Positions 8,228 through 16,169 of a DNA stretch of 30,422 bases are shown piece by piece. The DNA lies in IMG/VR virus record IMGVR_UViG_3300027271_000080, positions 1-30,422 of that record. The stretch is one strand, 5' to 3'. The position numbers and the translations under genes were made by a program. Every line of letters starts with the position of its first letter. The stretch's first letter is position 1. The stretch comes from a virus (Duplodnaviria > Caudoviricetes). Below the pieces are notes generated by a model. It saw only the letters and a list, made by a program, of their open reading frames with translations. It ran no database searches and was not told where the DNA came from.

Positions 8228-8456
8228 ATTCTTCGTCTTCCGATGTTTTTTCATGGCCGGTGAGAATGTACATGGCCGGGCTGGGGCCAAGAACCTGCAA
8301 TATTTTGATGAAGCGGTCCAAAGTCGGACGCTTACCATTCTTGAGCATCTGCTGGACGTAGTTCGGTCCGCAGCCGGCAGCCTGGCTGATTTCCTTCATG
8401 ACCCGGCCATCGTCTTTGATGGCCTTCGCGAAGCGTGGGTACCAGTCCTCTAACAT
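8088..8456 (-). CDS. CI-like XRE-family repressor without S24 peptidase domain (122 aa)
   Basis: HTH MKEISQAAGCGPNYVQQMLKNGKRPTLDRFIKILQVLG..P.YILTG; divergent from cro across operators; start re-called at MLEDWY. Confidence 0.85.
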   Translation of the reverse strand: MLEDWYPRFAKAIKDDGRVMKEISQAAGCGPNYVQQMLKNGKRPTLDRFIKILQVLGPSPAMYILTGHEKTSEDEEFMLAVAGLDPKLKAEARRFLSVLKDRLDNPKPSDADPPGAGATGRT

Positions 8457-8476
8457 GCTGCATCGCTTAGCATAAT

Positions 8477-8531
8477 CACGCCTTCGCGTGTTGCACGTTA
8501 TAGCGTGTTGACATGACACGCTATAGCGTGT
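8477..8531. promoter_or_regulatory. Right operator triplet (OR-like) and rightward promoter
   Basis: CACGCCTTCGCGTG 8477-8490, GCACGTTATAGCGTGT 8493-8508, perfect ACACGCTATAGCGTGT 8516-8531; TTGACA at 8508-8513. Confidence 0.88.
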
Positions 8532-8545
8532 TATGAGGTTGCACC

Positions 8546-8743
8546 ATGAAGCGCGACCTCATTACCGACATCGAAAAATTCATGAAGGCGAACGGCATCG
8601 GTCCGCATCGCTTCGGCATCCTCGCTGTGAAGAACGGCAGACTTGTTGAGCGCTTGCGCGCCGGACGCCGCATCTGGCCGGAAACTGAGCAGCAAATACG
8701 CGATTTCATGCGCTCCCACTCCACCCCGGAGCGCGCCTCATGA
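8546..8743 (+). CDS. Cro-like HTH protein
   Basis: 65 aa, first rightward gene; IEKFMKANGIGPHRFG...LVERLRAGR...TEQQIRDFM. Confidence 0.8.
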   Translation: MKRDLITDIEKFMKANGIGPHRFGILAVKNGRLVERLRAGRRIWPETEQQIRDFMRSHSTPERAS

Positions 8744-8950
8744 CCCGCGCAGCAACTCATGCGTCCACTTCAGCATCTCCATCGCAGCAATCGGCTGCGA
8801 CGGATACTCGCGGACCGTCTCATACATCCGCTGCACCTCTGCGTCGAAGCGCTGGGGAAAGGCTTTATCTGATTCACCTAGCGCACGAGCTAATGCGACG
8901 AAAAGGGCTGCGATCCCCAAGTTCGTCTGCATTTGATGATCTAATGGCAT
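8738..8950 (-). CDS. Small protein antisense within the rightward operon
   Basis: GGAGG RBS before ATG 8950; amphipathic helical 70-aa product. Confidence 0.55.
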   Translation of the reverse strand: MPLDHQMQTNLGIAALFVALARALGESDKAFPQRFDAEVQRMYETVREYPSQPIAAMEMLKWTHELLRGS

Positions 8951-9108
8951 CCGATCCTCCCGTCATTGTTATTGACGGCAAAGCCTACGACCTCTCCGGC
9001 CGCAAGTGGAGTCGGTCGGGCAGGTTGCCCGCCATCCTTGCCTGGCTCCTTATCCTCTCCATGGCCGCCATCGTCATCGCCACGCTGCTGAGCGGGGTGT
9101 GGTCATGA
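8944..9108 (+). CDS. Small membrane protein (frame is open from ATG 8740)
   Basis: C-terminal TM helix AILAWLLILSMAAIVIATLL; ATGA coupling to next ORF. Confidence 0.5.
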   Translation: MASDPPVIVIDGKAYDLSGRKWSRSGRLPAILAWLLILSMAAIVIATLLSGVWS

Positions 9109-9200
9109 GCGGCCCCTTCGCATTCAGCGCTTTTCTTTATCTCTGCGCAGTCGGCGCGATCTTCATCGCCGCCGGCATCATCGATTGGGTGATGTCATGA
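9105..9200 (+). CDS. Small membrane peptide (31 aa)
   Basis: MSGPFAFSAFLYLCAVGAIFIAAGIIDWVMS; ATGA overlaps on both sides. Confidence 0.55.
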   Translation: MSGPFAFSAFLYLCAVGAIFIAAGIIDWVMS

Positions 9201-9415
9201 CCGCCCGCATAATCCCGTTCCTCCCCGCGCACGAAGCTGGTGGTGGCTCGTGCGCCAACTTGGCGAGCGGTGCCGCGTGCCGGCCCGCCGCCATTCCTTA
9301 TTCTGCATGGGGTCCAAGCAACCGCTTCGACAAACTGTTCGACCCCGTGAAGTTCAACGACGCGCTGTACGAGCGCGAGATTGAGGTTGTTCGGGAGGCG
9401 ATCAGCAATGGTTAG
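9197..9415 (+). CDS. Phage hypothetical protein
   Basis: MTARIIPF start, ATGA coupling. Confidence 0.55.
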   Translation: MTARIIPFLPAHEAGGGSCANLASGAACRPAAIPYSAWGPSNRFDKLFDPVKFNDALYEREIEVVREAISNG

Positions 9416-9715
9416 CGCGGCCGCAGACGGGGGCATTGTCCACGACCGCGCTGTGACGCGCGAAGGGGCACCCGCGCGTTTCCCGATTATCCTGCTTCGC
9501 GGCGTGCCGCTGCTGCGTTCTGCACGCGGCCTGCATTGGTATTCGTCGCCTGCATGTCCTGAAATCTCTTTGCCTGTTCGTCGTCCGCGTTGGCGCGCAG
9601 ACGGCCGAGCAATCCTTGCGCCGCTTTGGCGAGCGGCTGCCATGTATCGGTTTCACAGTCGATAGGTGTGTTCTTCAACTCCATGTGCAGCAACTTGCAA
9701 CATGGAGATTCCAAA

Positions 9716-10123
9716 ATGGCGGAAAAGGCGTCCGGTAAGATGAGTATCATCGAAGTAAACTGGCAGAACGAGATCGGCGCTATTGCCGGTCCTTATGACG
9801 GCAACCGCAAAGGTTGGCTGTCTCGTGCTGCCCGTCGCGCCAACGTCACCTATCGCACCGTTAAGTCTCTCTACTACGGGGAGAGCACAAACCCGCGCCA
9901 CAGCGTTGCCACAAGCATCCTTAGCGCAGCCGAAAAAGCACGAATTGAGGAAGCCCAACGCGATGCGAGCCACCTTTCGCAAATTTACTATCGACGTGCT
10001 GAAGCGCTTGCCGCGATCGATGCGGATTTTCATCGGCCAGAGATTGATGCGCTCGTCGAGGCGGCGCGCATCCTTGGCGGTGGAGATTGCGCCGGAGCTG
10101 ATCGGGGAGGTGATGTGAAGTGA
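9716..10123 (+). CDS. Putative DNA-binding regulator in the CII position
   Basis: GGAGA RBS; KGWLSRAARRANVTYRTVKSLYYGE HTH-like segment; located between cro and replication genes. Confidence 0.65.
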   Translation: MAEKASGKMSIIEVNWQNEIGAIAGPYDGNRKGWLSRAARRANVTYRTVKSLYYGESTNPRHSVATSILSAAEKARIEEAQRDASHLSQIYYRRAEALAAIDADFHRPEIDALVEAARILGGGDCAGADRGGDVK

Positions 10124-10581
10124 CCAGCATCGCACTAAAATTCCACCTTGAGCATAAGGCGCGCCTTCGTCGCATCGAAGAAGCGGCGAGGCGCCATCAA
10201 GCCTCGAAGGTCGCCAAGGCGACGGTCGCAACCGTCCATGACATCGCGCAGGAGCGCATCCGGCGCGATTACGAGACGGCAAACAAGGTGCTGCCATATC
10301 TCCCGCTTGTGACGCGCATCAAGCGCGCTGTTGCTACAGAGTTCGGAATCACCGCTGGCCAGCTTGTCGGGCACGACCGCAAGGCAATCTACAGCGTCGC
10401 CCGCCATGTCTGCGTCGGGATCATCTTCGAGATGACCACCATGTCTTACCCGGCGGTCGCGCGACGCATGGGCGGCCGGGATCACACGACAATCCTCAGC
10501 TCACACAAGCGGGCGCAAGCCCTCTTTGCCGAAGAGGCTATTCGCAATCGTGTCGATCAGATCAAGAAAGGGCTGCAATGA
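10120..10581 (+). CDS. DnaA C-terminal (domain IV) HTH protein
   Basis: IKRAVATEFGIT...L.G..R...ARH...SYPAVARRMGGRDHTTILS matches DnaA domain IV. Confidence 0.85.
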   Translation: MTSIALKFHLEHKARLRRIEEAARRHQASKVAKATVATVHDIAQERIRRDYETANKVLPYLPLVTRIKRAVATEFGITAGQLVGHDRKAIYSVARHVCVGIIFEMTTMSYPAVARRMGGRDHTTILSSHKRAQALFAEEAIRNRVDQIKKGLQ

Positions 10582-10970
10582 GCCTGACACCAGAGCGCGA
10601 CAGCGACATTCTCACGCAAACGACTTGCCCGCTCGAGTTGTTGGAAGGTCGTAAGGACGACGGCGCCAAGGACCCTTGGCATCTGGCGCCGTGGGATGCG
10701 TTCCGTGCCATTGTCATGGTGCTTCGTTTTGGTGCCAACAAATATGCTCCGCGCAATTGGGAGCGCGGCATGGCGTGGTCGCGCCTGTTCTCAGCAACTC
10801 AGCGTCATCTAACAGCTTGGTGGGAAGGCGAGAAGGCCGACCCCGAAACGGGCATGTCACACATCTGGCACGCTGGCTGCTGCGTCGCATTCCTCATTGC
10901 ATTTGAGATACGCGGGATTGGTCAGGACGACAGGCCGATTGCCGGCGAGCTTGAGGGGAGGGGGTTGTGA
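10578..10970 (+). CDS. dATP/dGTP diphosphohydrolase-domain protein (DUF5664-like)
   Basis: KDDGAK...VLRFGANKYAPRNWERG...RHL.AWWEGE..DPETGMSHIWHA signature. Confidence 0.85.
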   Translation: MSLTPERDSDILTQTTCPLELLEGRKDDGAKDPWHLAPWDAFRAIVMVLRFGANKYAPRNWERGMAWSRLFSATQRHLTAWWEGEKADPETGMSHIWHAGCCVAFLIAFEIRGIGQDDRPIAGELEGRGL

Positions 10971-11446
10971 CCTGCATTCTTGGCATCGACCCCGGCCTGT
11001 CCGGCGCCGTCGCATTCTATTTCACCGATGCGCCGTCGCGCGTCGCGGTCGAAGATATGCCGGTCGCCGGCAAGATGGTGTCGGCGCCGCTCCTGTCCGA
11101 CCTGATCCGTCGCTACGGCCCGGCCATCGCTGTGGTGGAAAGCGTCGGCTCGCGCCCGGGGCAGGGTGTTTCATCGACCTTTCGCTTCGGCACTGCCTAC
11201 GGGATCGCGCAAGGCGTGATCGGCGCGCTGCAAATCCCGGTCGAGTTCGTCTCGCCACAACGCTGGAAAAAGCACTTTCGCCTGAACGGCGACAAGGACC
11301 TGTCGCGCTCCAAGGCACAGCAACTATTCCCGGCGTGCGCCACGTCCTTCTCGCGCGTCAAGGACCATGGCCGCGCCGAAGCGGCGCTGATCGCGAAGTA
11401 CGGCGCAGAGACATTGTTTCCTCATTCATCGCAGGCCGCAGCATGA
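10967..11446 (+). CDS. RuvC-like Holliday junction resolvase
   Basis: ILGIDPGLSGA, VVE, VSPQRWKK, GRAEAALIA. Confidence 0.85.
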   Translation: MTCILGIDPGLSGAVAFYFTDAPSRVAVEDMPVAGKMVSAPLLSDLIRRYGPAIAVVESVGSRPGQGVSSTFRFGTAYGIAQGVIGALQIPVEFVSPQRWKKHFRLNGDKDLSRSKAQQLFPACATSFSRVKDHGRAEAALIAKYGAETLFPHSSQAAA

Positions 11447-12171
11447 CCTTCATCAAGCACCATTCGCCTTCGTCGCTCAACCTCTTCTGCGCCAGCCCGG
11501 CGATGTACGTCCTGGAAAAAGTCATCGGCGTTCGTCAGGCTGTCGGCGCGCCCGCGCATCGCGGCACGGGCGTCGAGGAAGGCGTGACGCACGGGCTTCT
11601 CAACCCAAATGCGTCTTTGGCCGATTGCGTCACGGCAGCATTCAGGAAATACGACACGGTTTCTGCGCTGTCAGGCGACGCTCGCCGTCAGGATTACCGC
11701 GCGACGATCCCGGCCATGGTCGAACAGGCGCTTACTGAGTTGCGACCCTACGGCGTGCCGAGCCGGACGCAGGGTTTCATCGAATGGAAACCCGAGGGGT
11801 TAGCGCTGCCGATTGTCGGATACTTCGACTACGAGTGGTCGCAGCACGGTATCATTGTCGATCTCAAGACGACCGAAAAGCTGCCATCACAGAACAAGGT
11901 GCCGCACGCGCGTCAGGTCGCGCTCTATGCCTCGTCCGACAACATGGACGGGCGATTGACATACGTCACCCCGAAGAAGTCGGCCACCTACCGCGTCGAG
12001 AATATCCGCGAGCACCGCAACGCGTTGCATCAGATCGCGCTTCGTGTCGAAAAATTTCTATCGCTATCGGACGACCCCGAGTTCTTCAAGTCGATCATCG
12101 TGCCCGATCTGGAGTCGTTTTATTGGGGCGGCCCGAACCGTCAGCTCGCATTCGAACATTGGAAAATCTGA
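11443..12171 (+). CDS. PD-(D/E)XK (RecB/Cas4-like) exonuclease
   Basis: HSPSSLNLF, RGT, GYFD...IVDLKT, RQVALY; start re-called at MTFIKHH. Confidence 0.85.
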   Translation: MTFIKHHSPSSLNLFCASPAMYVLEKVIGVRQAVGAPAHRGTGVEEGVTHGLLNPNASLADCVTAAFRKYDTVSALSGDARRQDYRATIPAMVEQALTELRPYGVPSRTQGFIEWKPEGLALPIVGYFDYEWSQHGIIVDLKTTEKLPSQNKVPHARQVALYASSDNMDGRLTYVTPKKSATYRVENIREHRNALHQIALRVEKFLSLSDDPEFFKSIIVPDLESFYWGGPNRQLAFEHWKI

Positions 12172-12236
12172 AATCCCGCAAGGGTTGGCAACGCATCTGG
12201 CCTGATAGGTGCTTTTGTTGAAGAAGGAGAAGCCAC

Positions 12237-12929
12237 ATGGCTCTCGGATTGTCTACCGGTGGAAGTGGCGGCGACATCAAGCCGTTCGTGAAATACGACG
12301 CCAAGGCTGGCCGGCTGTTTCGTGCTGATCGTCACCAGCAGAGCGATGGTACCTATGCGTCGGAAACGACGGAGATCACCGACGCCGCTCAAATGGTTAT
12401 GGACCTTGCCAACATTCGTGTTGGCTGGATTCACTATTCCAGCCAAGGCCCCGTTCGCCGCCTTGTTGTTCTCGGCAAAGAGGCGATCCCGCCGCGCCCG
12501 GAGGATAAAGGCGCCGATGGCAAGCCGGTGTTCAAGCAGGGTTTCGAGGTCGATCTGCTGCTGAACAAGGAGGCCAACGGCGGCAACTCCGCGCCGCGCG
12601 TGCTCGGATCGGCGGCCGGCTGCGTCATCGAAGCGATGGACTCCCTGCACGATGCCTATACGACGGCTGCGGAGGCGAAGGCCGGCAAGCTGCCCATCGT
12701 CAAGATCGCCGGCGTCTCTCCTGTCAAATCCGGGCAATCCACCAACTACAAACCGAACTTCGCCATCGTTGGCTGGATCGACCGGCCGGCAGCGCTCAAC
12801 GAGGGAGCCACCGCAACGACGCCGACGCAATCCGCGCCTGCGACAGGATCAACCGTAGTGGCGCCGCCGTCGCAGCCGGCTCAGGTGCCGCAGCAGGCCG
12901 CGATTGCTGACGCGAGCGATTTTGGCTGA
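12237..12929 (+). CDS. Putative single-stranded DNA-binding protein
   Basis: Between exonuclease and primase-helicase; beta-rich core, Pro/Ala/Gln linker, acidic-aromatic tail DASDFG; AAGGAG RBS. Confidence 0.6.
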   Translation: MALGLSTGGSGGDIKPFVKYDAKAGRLFRADRHQQSDGTYASETTEITDAAQMVMDLANIRVGWIHYSSQGPVRRLVVLGKEAIPPRPEDKGADGKPVFKQGFEVDLLLNKEANGGNSAPRVLGSAAGCVIEAMDSLHDAYTTAAEAKAGKLPIVKIAGVSPVKSGQSTNYKPNFAIVGWIDRPAALNEGATATTPTQSAPATGSTVVAPPSQPAQVPQQAAIADASDFG

Positions 12930-13030
12930 TCCCATCAATCGACCCGACAACGTGACCGGACCCGCTGCGGCCCGGTCACTCTACCAGATCGCCGCGTAAC
13001 GAGTAGAGGCCAGGAACAGATAGCCGGATA

Positions 13031-15241
13031 GTGGACGACGTGGGGCACACATCTACAGCGACCGTGACGCCGATGTACCAGCCGGACATCGAGGCGATGA
13101 CGCGCCACGTCGAACACCTGTTCGGCGGCGCGCCCGCTGGCATGGTCGAACTGGCGTGGACCGACACTTCCCCCGACGACTCCGGCCGCTACCGTCTCCG
13201 CCACGCGCAGCTTTTCAGCACCAACAACCTGTCCGATCTCGTTGCCGAGGCGGCGCGGCTCAACGCGACGCCGATGTGCAACGTCTATATCGGCGCCGCG
13301 CTGCGTCACCCCGACACGCCACCATTCGGGCGCGCCAAGGACCACGACGCCTGCACCCTGACGGCAGCCTATGTGGATTTGGACGACCCCGGCGCCGCGA
13401 CGGCGGCCAAGGACATTTATAAGGCGCTCAAGCCGACACTGGTCGTCGTCACCGGCCGCGAGCCGCACACCCGCGCGCAGCTTTGGTGGCGGCTCGACCA
13501 GCCAATGACCGACGCTGCACAGTGGCCCGAGTTGCTGAAGTCGATGGCGACCGCAATGGGCGCCGACACCAGCGTGACCAATCCATCACGCGTCATGCGC
13601 CTCGCCGGCACCGTGGCGTGGCCGGTCAAGCCCGGCCGCACCATTGAGCAGACCGGCATTGTGCCGCTCAGGGAGCCTGGTCAGGAGTCCTATTCTTTCG
13701 ACGCGCTATCCTCCGCCTTCCCGACGCAACCAGCACCAGTGCCCGCCGCTGCGGCCCCTGCACCCGTCCGCATGGCGGCCGCGCTGAACGCAGCCAAGCC
13801 GACGGCGGATCGCTCGACCTTCTTCCGCCAGGTCAACGATCTGGCGCTGCGCAATGCGTCGTCATGGGTGCCCACAGTGTTCGGCGGCGCCGCCAAGTTT
13901 CAGCCTGGCACCGGTGCGTGGCGGATATCGTCCAAGGAACTCGGCCGCCACCTCGAGGAAGATTTGTCCATCGCGCCAACCGGAATTGTGGACTTTGGCG
14001 TCCACGACATGGGCGACGCGCGTCAGGGCAAGCGCACCCCGGTCGATATCGTCATCGAGCACGGCGGCGCGCCTGACGCCAAAGCGGCAGCGTTCTGGTT
14101 GTGCGAGCAGATTGGCGTGAAGCCGGAGGCGGTCGGGTGGCAGGAGGCGCATCCCGAACCCGCTACGTCACAATCGGTCGCAGAGGCCATCAGCAACGAC
14201 TTTGCGCCTGCCGATGATATTTACGAGACCTTATCGCTTGCAGATATTGACGCACTACCGCCGCCATCATGGCTGGTCGAAGGATTGGTCCCGGAAAAAG
14301 GACTGACTTTCATTTACGGCAAGCCGGGCAAGGGCAAGTCGTTCATCTCGCTCGACATGGCGCTACGCATTGCACATGGCTTTGATTGGCACGGCAAGGA
14401 GTGTAAGCAGGGCGGTGTGCTGTATATCGCCGGTGAGGGCAAGGGCGGATATCGTAATCGCGTCCACGGCTGGCACCTTAAACATGGCTTGGTGGCCGAT
14501 TGCGGCCCGTTCCGCCTATTGCCGCGCGCGGTGAATTTCATGAAGCTGGACGAGGTTGCAAAACTCGTCCGCACTGTTAAGGCCGTCGTAGGCGATGCAC
14601 GCCTGGTGGTGGTCGATACCGTCGCCCGCGTACTCCCCGGCGCCGAGGAAAACGCCTCAAAGGAAATGGGTCTGTTCGTCGCCGCGTGCGATGCGATCAA
14701 GGACGCCTGTGGCGTCGCCGTGATCGGCGTCCATCACAGTGGCAAGGACGAAGATCGAGGCATGCGCGGCTCGACTGCGCTTGAAGGCGCCGGCGACTGC
14801 GTACTGCATCTCAAGCGCGACGATGACAGCAAAATCGTGTCAGTTCTCACAGAGAAGCAAAAAGATGGCGAGGAAGCTCCGCCGCTCTATCTAAAGCTTG
14901 AAGTGGTAGAATGGTTGGACGGCCTAAAGCAGGCGTCCACCCTGGTCCCCGAGGTAGCCTCATCGGCACCCGATAAGTCTGTTCTCGACAAGCCAGCCTG
15001 CCGAAGAATCCTCGATGAGGTTCGGCGCGCATGGGCCGCTGGCAAGCCATGGTCGAACGCTCCTCAGACGAAGCGTGACGGTCGATATCTCCCGTATTGG
15101 ATGACGAAAGAAACTGGTTGCTCGGCCGACGAGGCCGAAAGGTTGATCATGGATTGGCTGACGAATGACGTGTTGTCGGTCGAACAGGCCAACTCGGATC
15201 GCAAGATTAAGGGTCTCAAGGTGATCGGAAGCATCGATTAG
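13031..15241 (+). CDS. Primase-helicase fusion (RepB/AEP-like primase plus AAA_25 RecA-like helicase)
   Basis: N-terminal YVDLDD, QLWWRL, NPSRVMRLAGT; C-terminal Walker A GKPGKGKS, YIAGEG, VVVDT, VHHSGKD, RGSTAL. Confidence 0.9.
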   Translation: MDDVGHTSTATVTPMYQPDIEAMTRHVEHLFGGAPAGMVELAWTDTSPDDSGRYRLRHAQLFSTNNLSDLVAEAARLNATPMCNVYIGAALRHPDTPPFGRAKDHDACTLTAAYVDLDDPGAATAAKDIYKALKPTLVVVTGREPHTRAQLWWRLDQPMTDAAQWPELLKSMATAMGADTSVTNPSRVMRLAGTVAWPVKPGRTIEQTGIVPLREPGQESYSFDALSSAFPTQPAPVPAAAAPAPVRMAAALNAAKPTADRSTFFRQVNDLALRNASSWVPTVFGGAAKFQPGTGAWRISSKELGRHLEEDLSIAPTGIVDFGVHDMGDARQGKRTPVDIVIEHGGAPDAKAAAFWLCEQIGVKPEAVGWQEAHPEPATSQSVAEAISNDFAPADDIYETLSLADIDALPPPSWLVEGLVPEKGLTFIYGKPGKGKSFISLDMALRIAHGFDWHGKECKQGGVLYIAGEGKGGYRNRVHGWHLKHGLVADCGPFRLLPRAVNFMKLDEVAKLVRTVKAVVGDARLVVVDTVARVLPGAEENASKEMGLFVAACDAIKDACGVAVIGVHHSGKDEDRGMRGSTALEGAGDCVLHLKRDDDSKIVSVLTEKQKDGEEAPPLYLKLEVVEWLDGLKQASTLVPEVASSAPDKSVLDKPACRRILDEVRRAWAAGKPWSNAPQTKRDGRYLPYWMTKETGCSADEAERLIMDWLTNDVLSVEQANSDRKIKGLKVIGSID

Positions 15242-15247
15242 AGGGTC

Positions 15248-15397
15248 ACGGAAGTCTACGGAAGTTCACGGAAGTCGGTAGCTAACCCATTGAAATCATT
15301 GGATGCGTGTTTACGGAAGTCTTACGGAAGTCTACGGAAGTCAGGGGTCTAAGTCATTGAAATCATTGTACGGAAGTCTACGGAAGTTCACGGAGGT
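15248..15397 (+). repeat. Iteron array, 3 x 3 copies of ACGGAAGT; putative replication origin
   Basis: Copies at 15248, 15258, 15268, 15313, 15324, 15334, 15370, 15380 and 15390 (last ACGGAGGT); triplets separated by CATTGAAATCATTG. Confidence 0.85.
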
Positions 15398-15403
15398 AAG
15401 TCA

Positions 15404-15446
15404 CCCTCTCCCGTAGGGAGAGGGGCGCTAGGGCGCCCTCTCCCGT
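15404..15446. repeat. Overlapping inverted repeats next to the iteron array
   Basis: CCCTCTCCC-GTA-GGGAGAGGG 15404-15424, second CCCTCTCCCGTA at 15435-15446. Confidence 0.75.
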
Positions 15447-15474
15447 AACGGTCGAGGACTTGGAGCATCGAACG

Positions 15475-16104
15475 ATGGCACGAACGAAACTTTCCACCGT
15501 CACCAGCGACCGCCCTGCGATGGCATGGGCGGCGACAAACGGGATGTACATCGCAGGCCGGGCCTACATCGACGGCGCGGATCAGGCGGCGGTCGAGATG
15601 GAGGCGAAATGGGGATGCGACCGGCTGCGGCTGCTGGTCGGTCCCGAGCTGCGCGAGAAATTCGACCGCCAGCGCTATCTGTTCAACCAGGCAATCTGGC
15701 GCGGCGATCTGGAAGCGGTACGCCGGGAGTCCGGGCGGATGGTCAACGCATGGCAGGCACTCGACCGTGCGGCGACCGCTGACGGCAAGCAGATGCTCGA
15801 TCCGCAGGTGTGGGAAATCCCGCTGATCGATCCGGGCATGCCAGACGACCCGGAACGTGCGGCCTACGTCGCCGCCATCGTGCCGGACGCGGCTTGCGCT
15901 GGCCGTGTCGTGGCCGATGGCCGCAAGGTCGTGGTCTACACGCTCGAGGAAATTGGGCGGCTGCTAGCGAACTATCCGCAGATCGCCAAGGCCAAGGCGG
16001 TATTCCCAGGTGCCGAAATCGTGGCGGTGCGGAGGTCGGTCGATGATCCACTCGACGCCATCGATGACACCGATAAGCCGCTCAACGACCCAATCGGGTT
16101 CTGA
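15475..16104 (+). CDS. Conserved phage hypothetical protein downstream of primase-helicase
   Basis: MEAKWGCDRLRLLV...KAKAVFPGAEI...LNDPIGF; GGAG RBS. Confidence 0.8.
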   Translation: MARTKLSTVTSDRPAMAWAATNGMYIAGRAYIDGADQAAVEMEAKWGCDRLRLLVGPELREKFDRQRYLFNQAIWRGDLEAVRRESGRMVNAWQALDRAATADGKQMLDPQVWEIPLIDPGMPDDPERAAYVAAIVPDAACAGRVVADGRKVVVYTLEEIGRLLANYPQIAKAKAVFPGAEIVAVRRSVDDPLDAIDDTDKPLNDPIGF

Positions 16105-16169
16105 ACCAAGTGACCGGCGTACGCTGGACCCGCGAGGCGGTCCGACTGAAGCGAGGGGTAGTTTCGATC

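Noticed and set aside
10578-10970. 2-aminoadenine (Z) genome pathway suggested by the dATP/dGTP diphosphohydrolase
   Set aside because: No PurZ or phage DNA polymerase in the window; the domain is common on its own
10897-11442. N-terminal extension of the 424-aa ORF in the track
   Set aside because: Overlaps the RuvC-like gene in another frame; true start is the coupled ATG at 11443
11443-12171. Cas4 as part of a CRISPR system
   Set aside because: No Fe-S cysteine cluster and the context is phage recombination/replication
12952-12979. Hairpin GTGACCGG...CCGGTCAC between SSB-like and primase genes
   Set aside because: No U tract and no other support; probably an mRNA stability element, not called as terminator or ncRNA
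15248-15397. Possible CRISPR array
   Set aside because: Repeats are 8 bp with 2-3 bp gaps and no unique spacers; no cas operon; fits iterons
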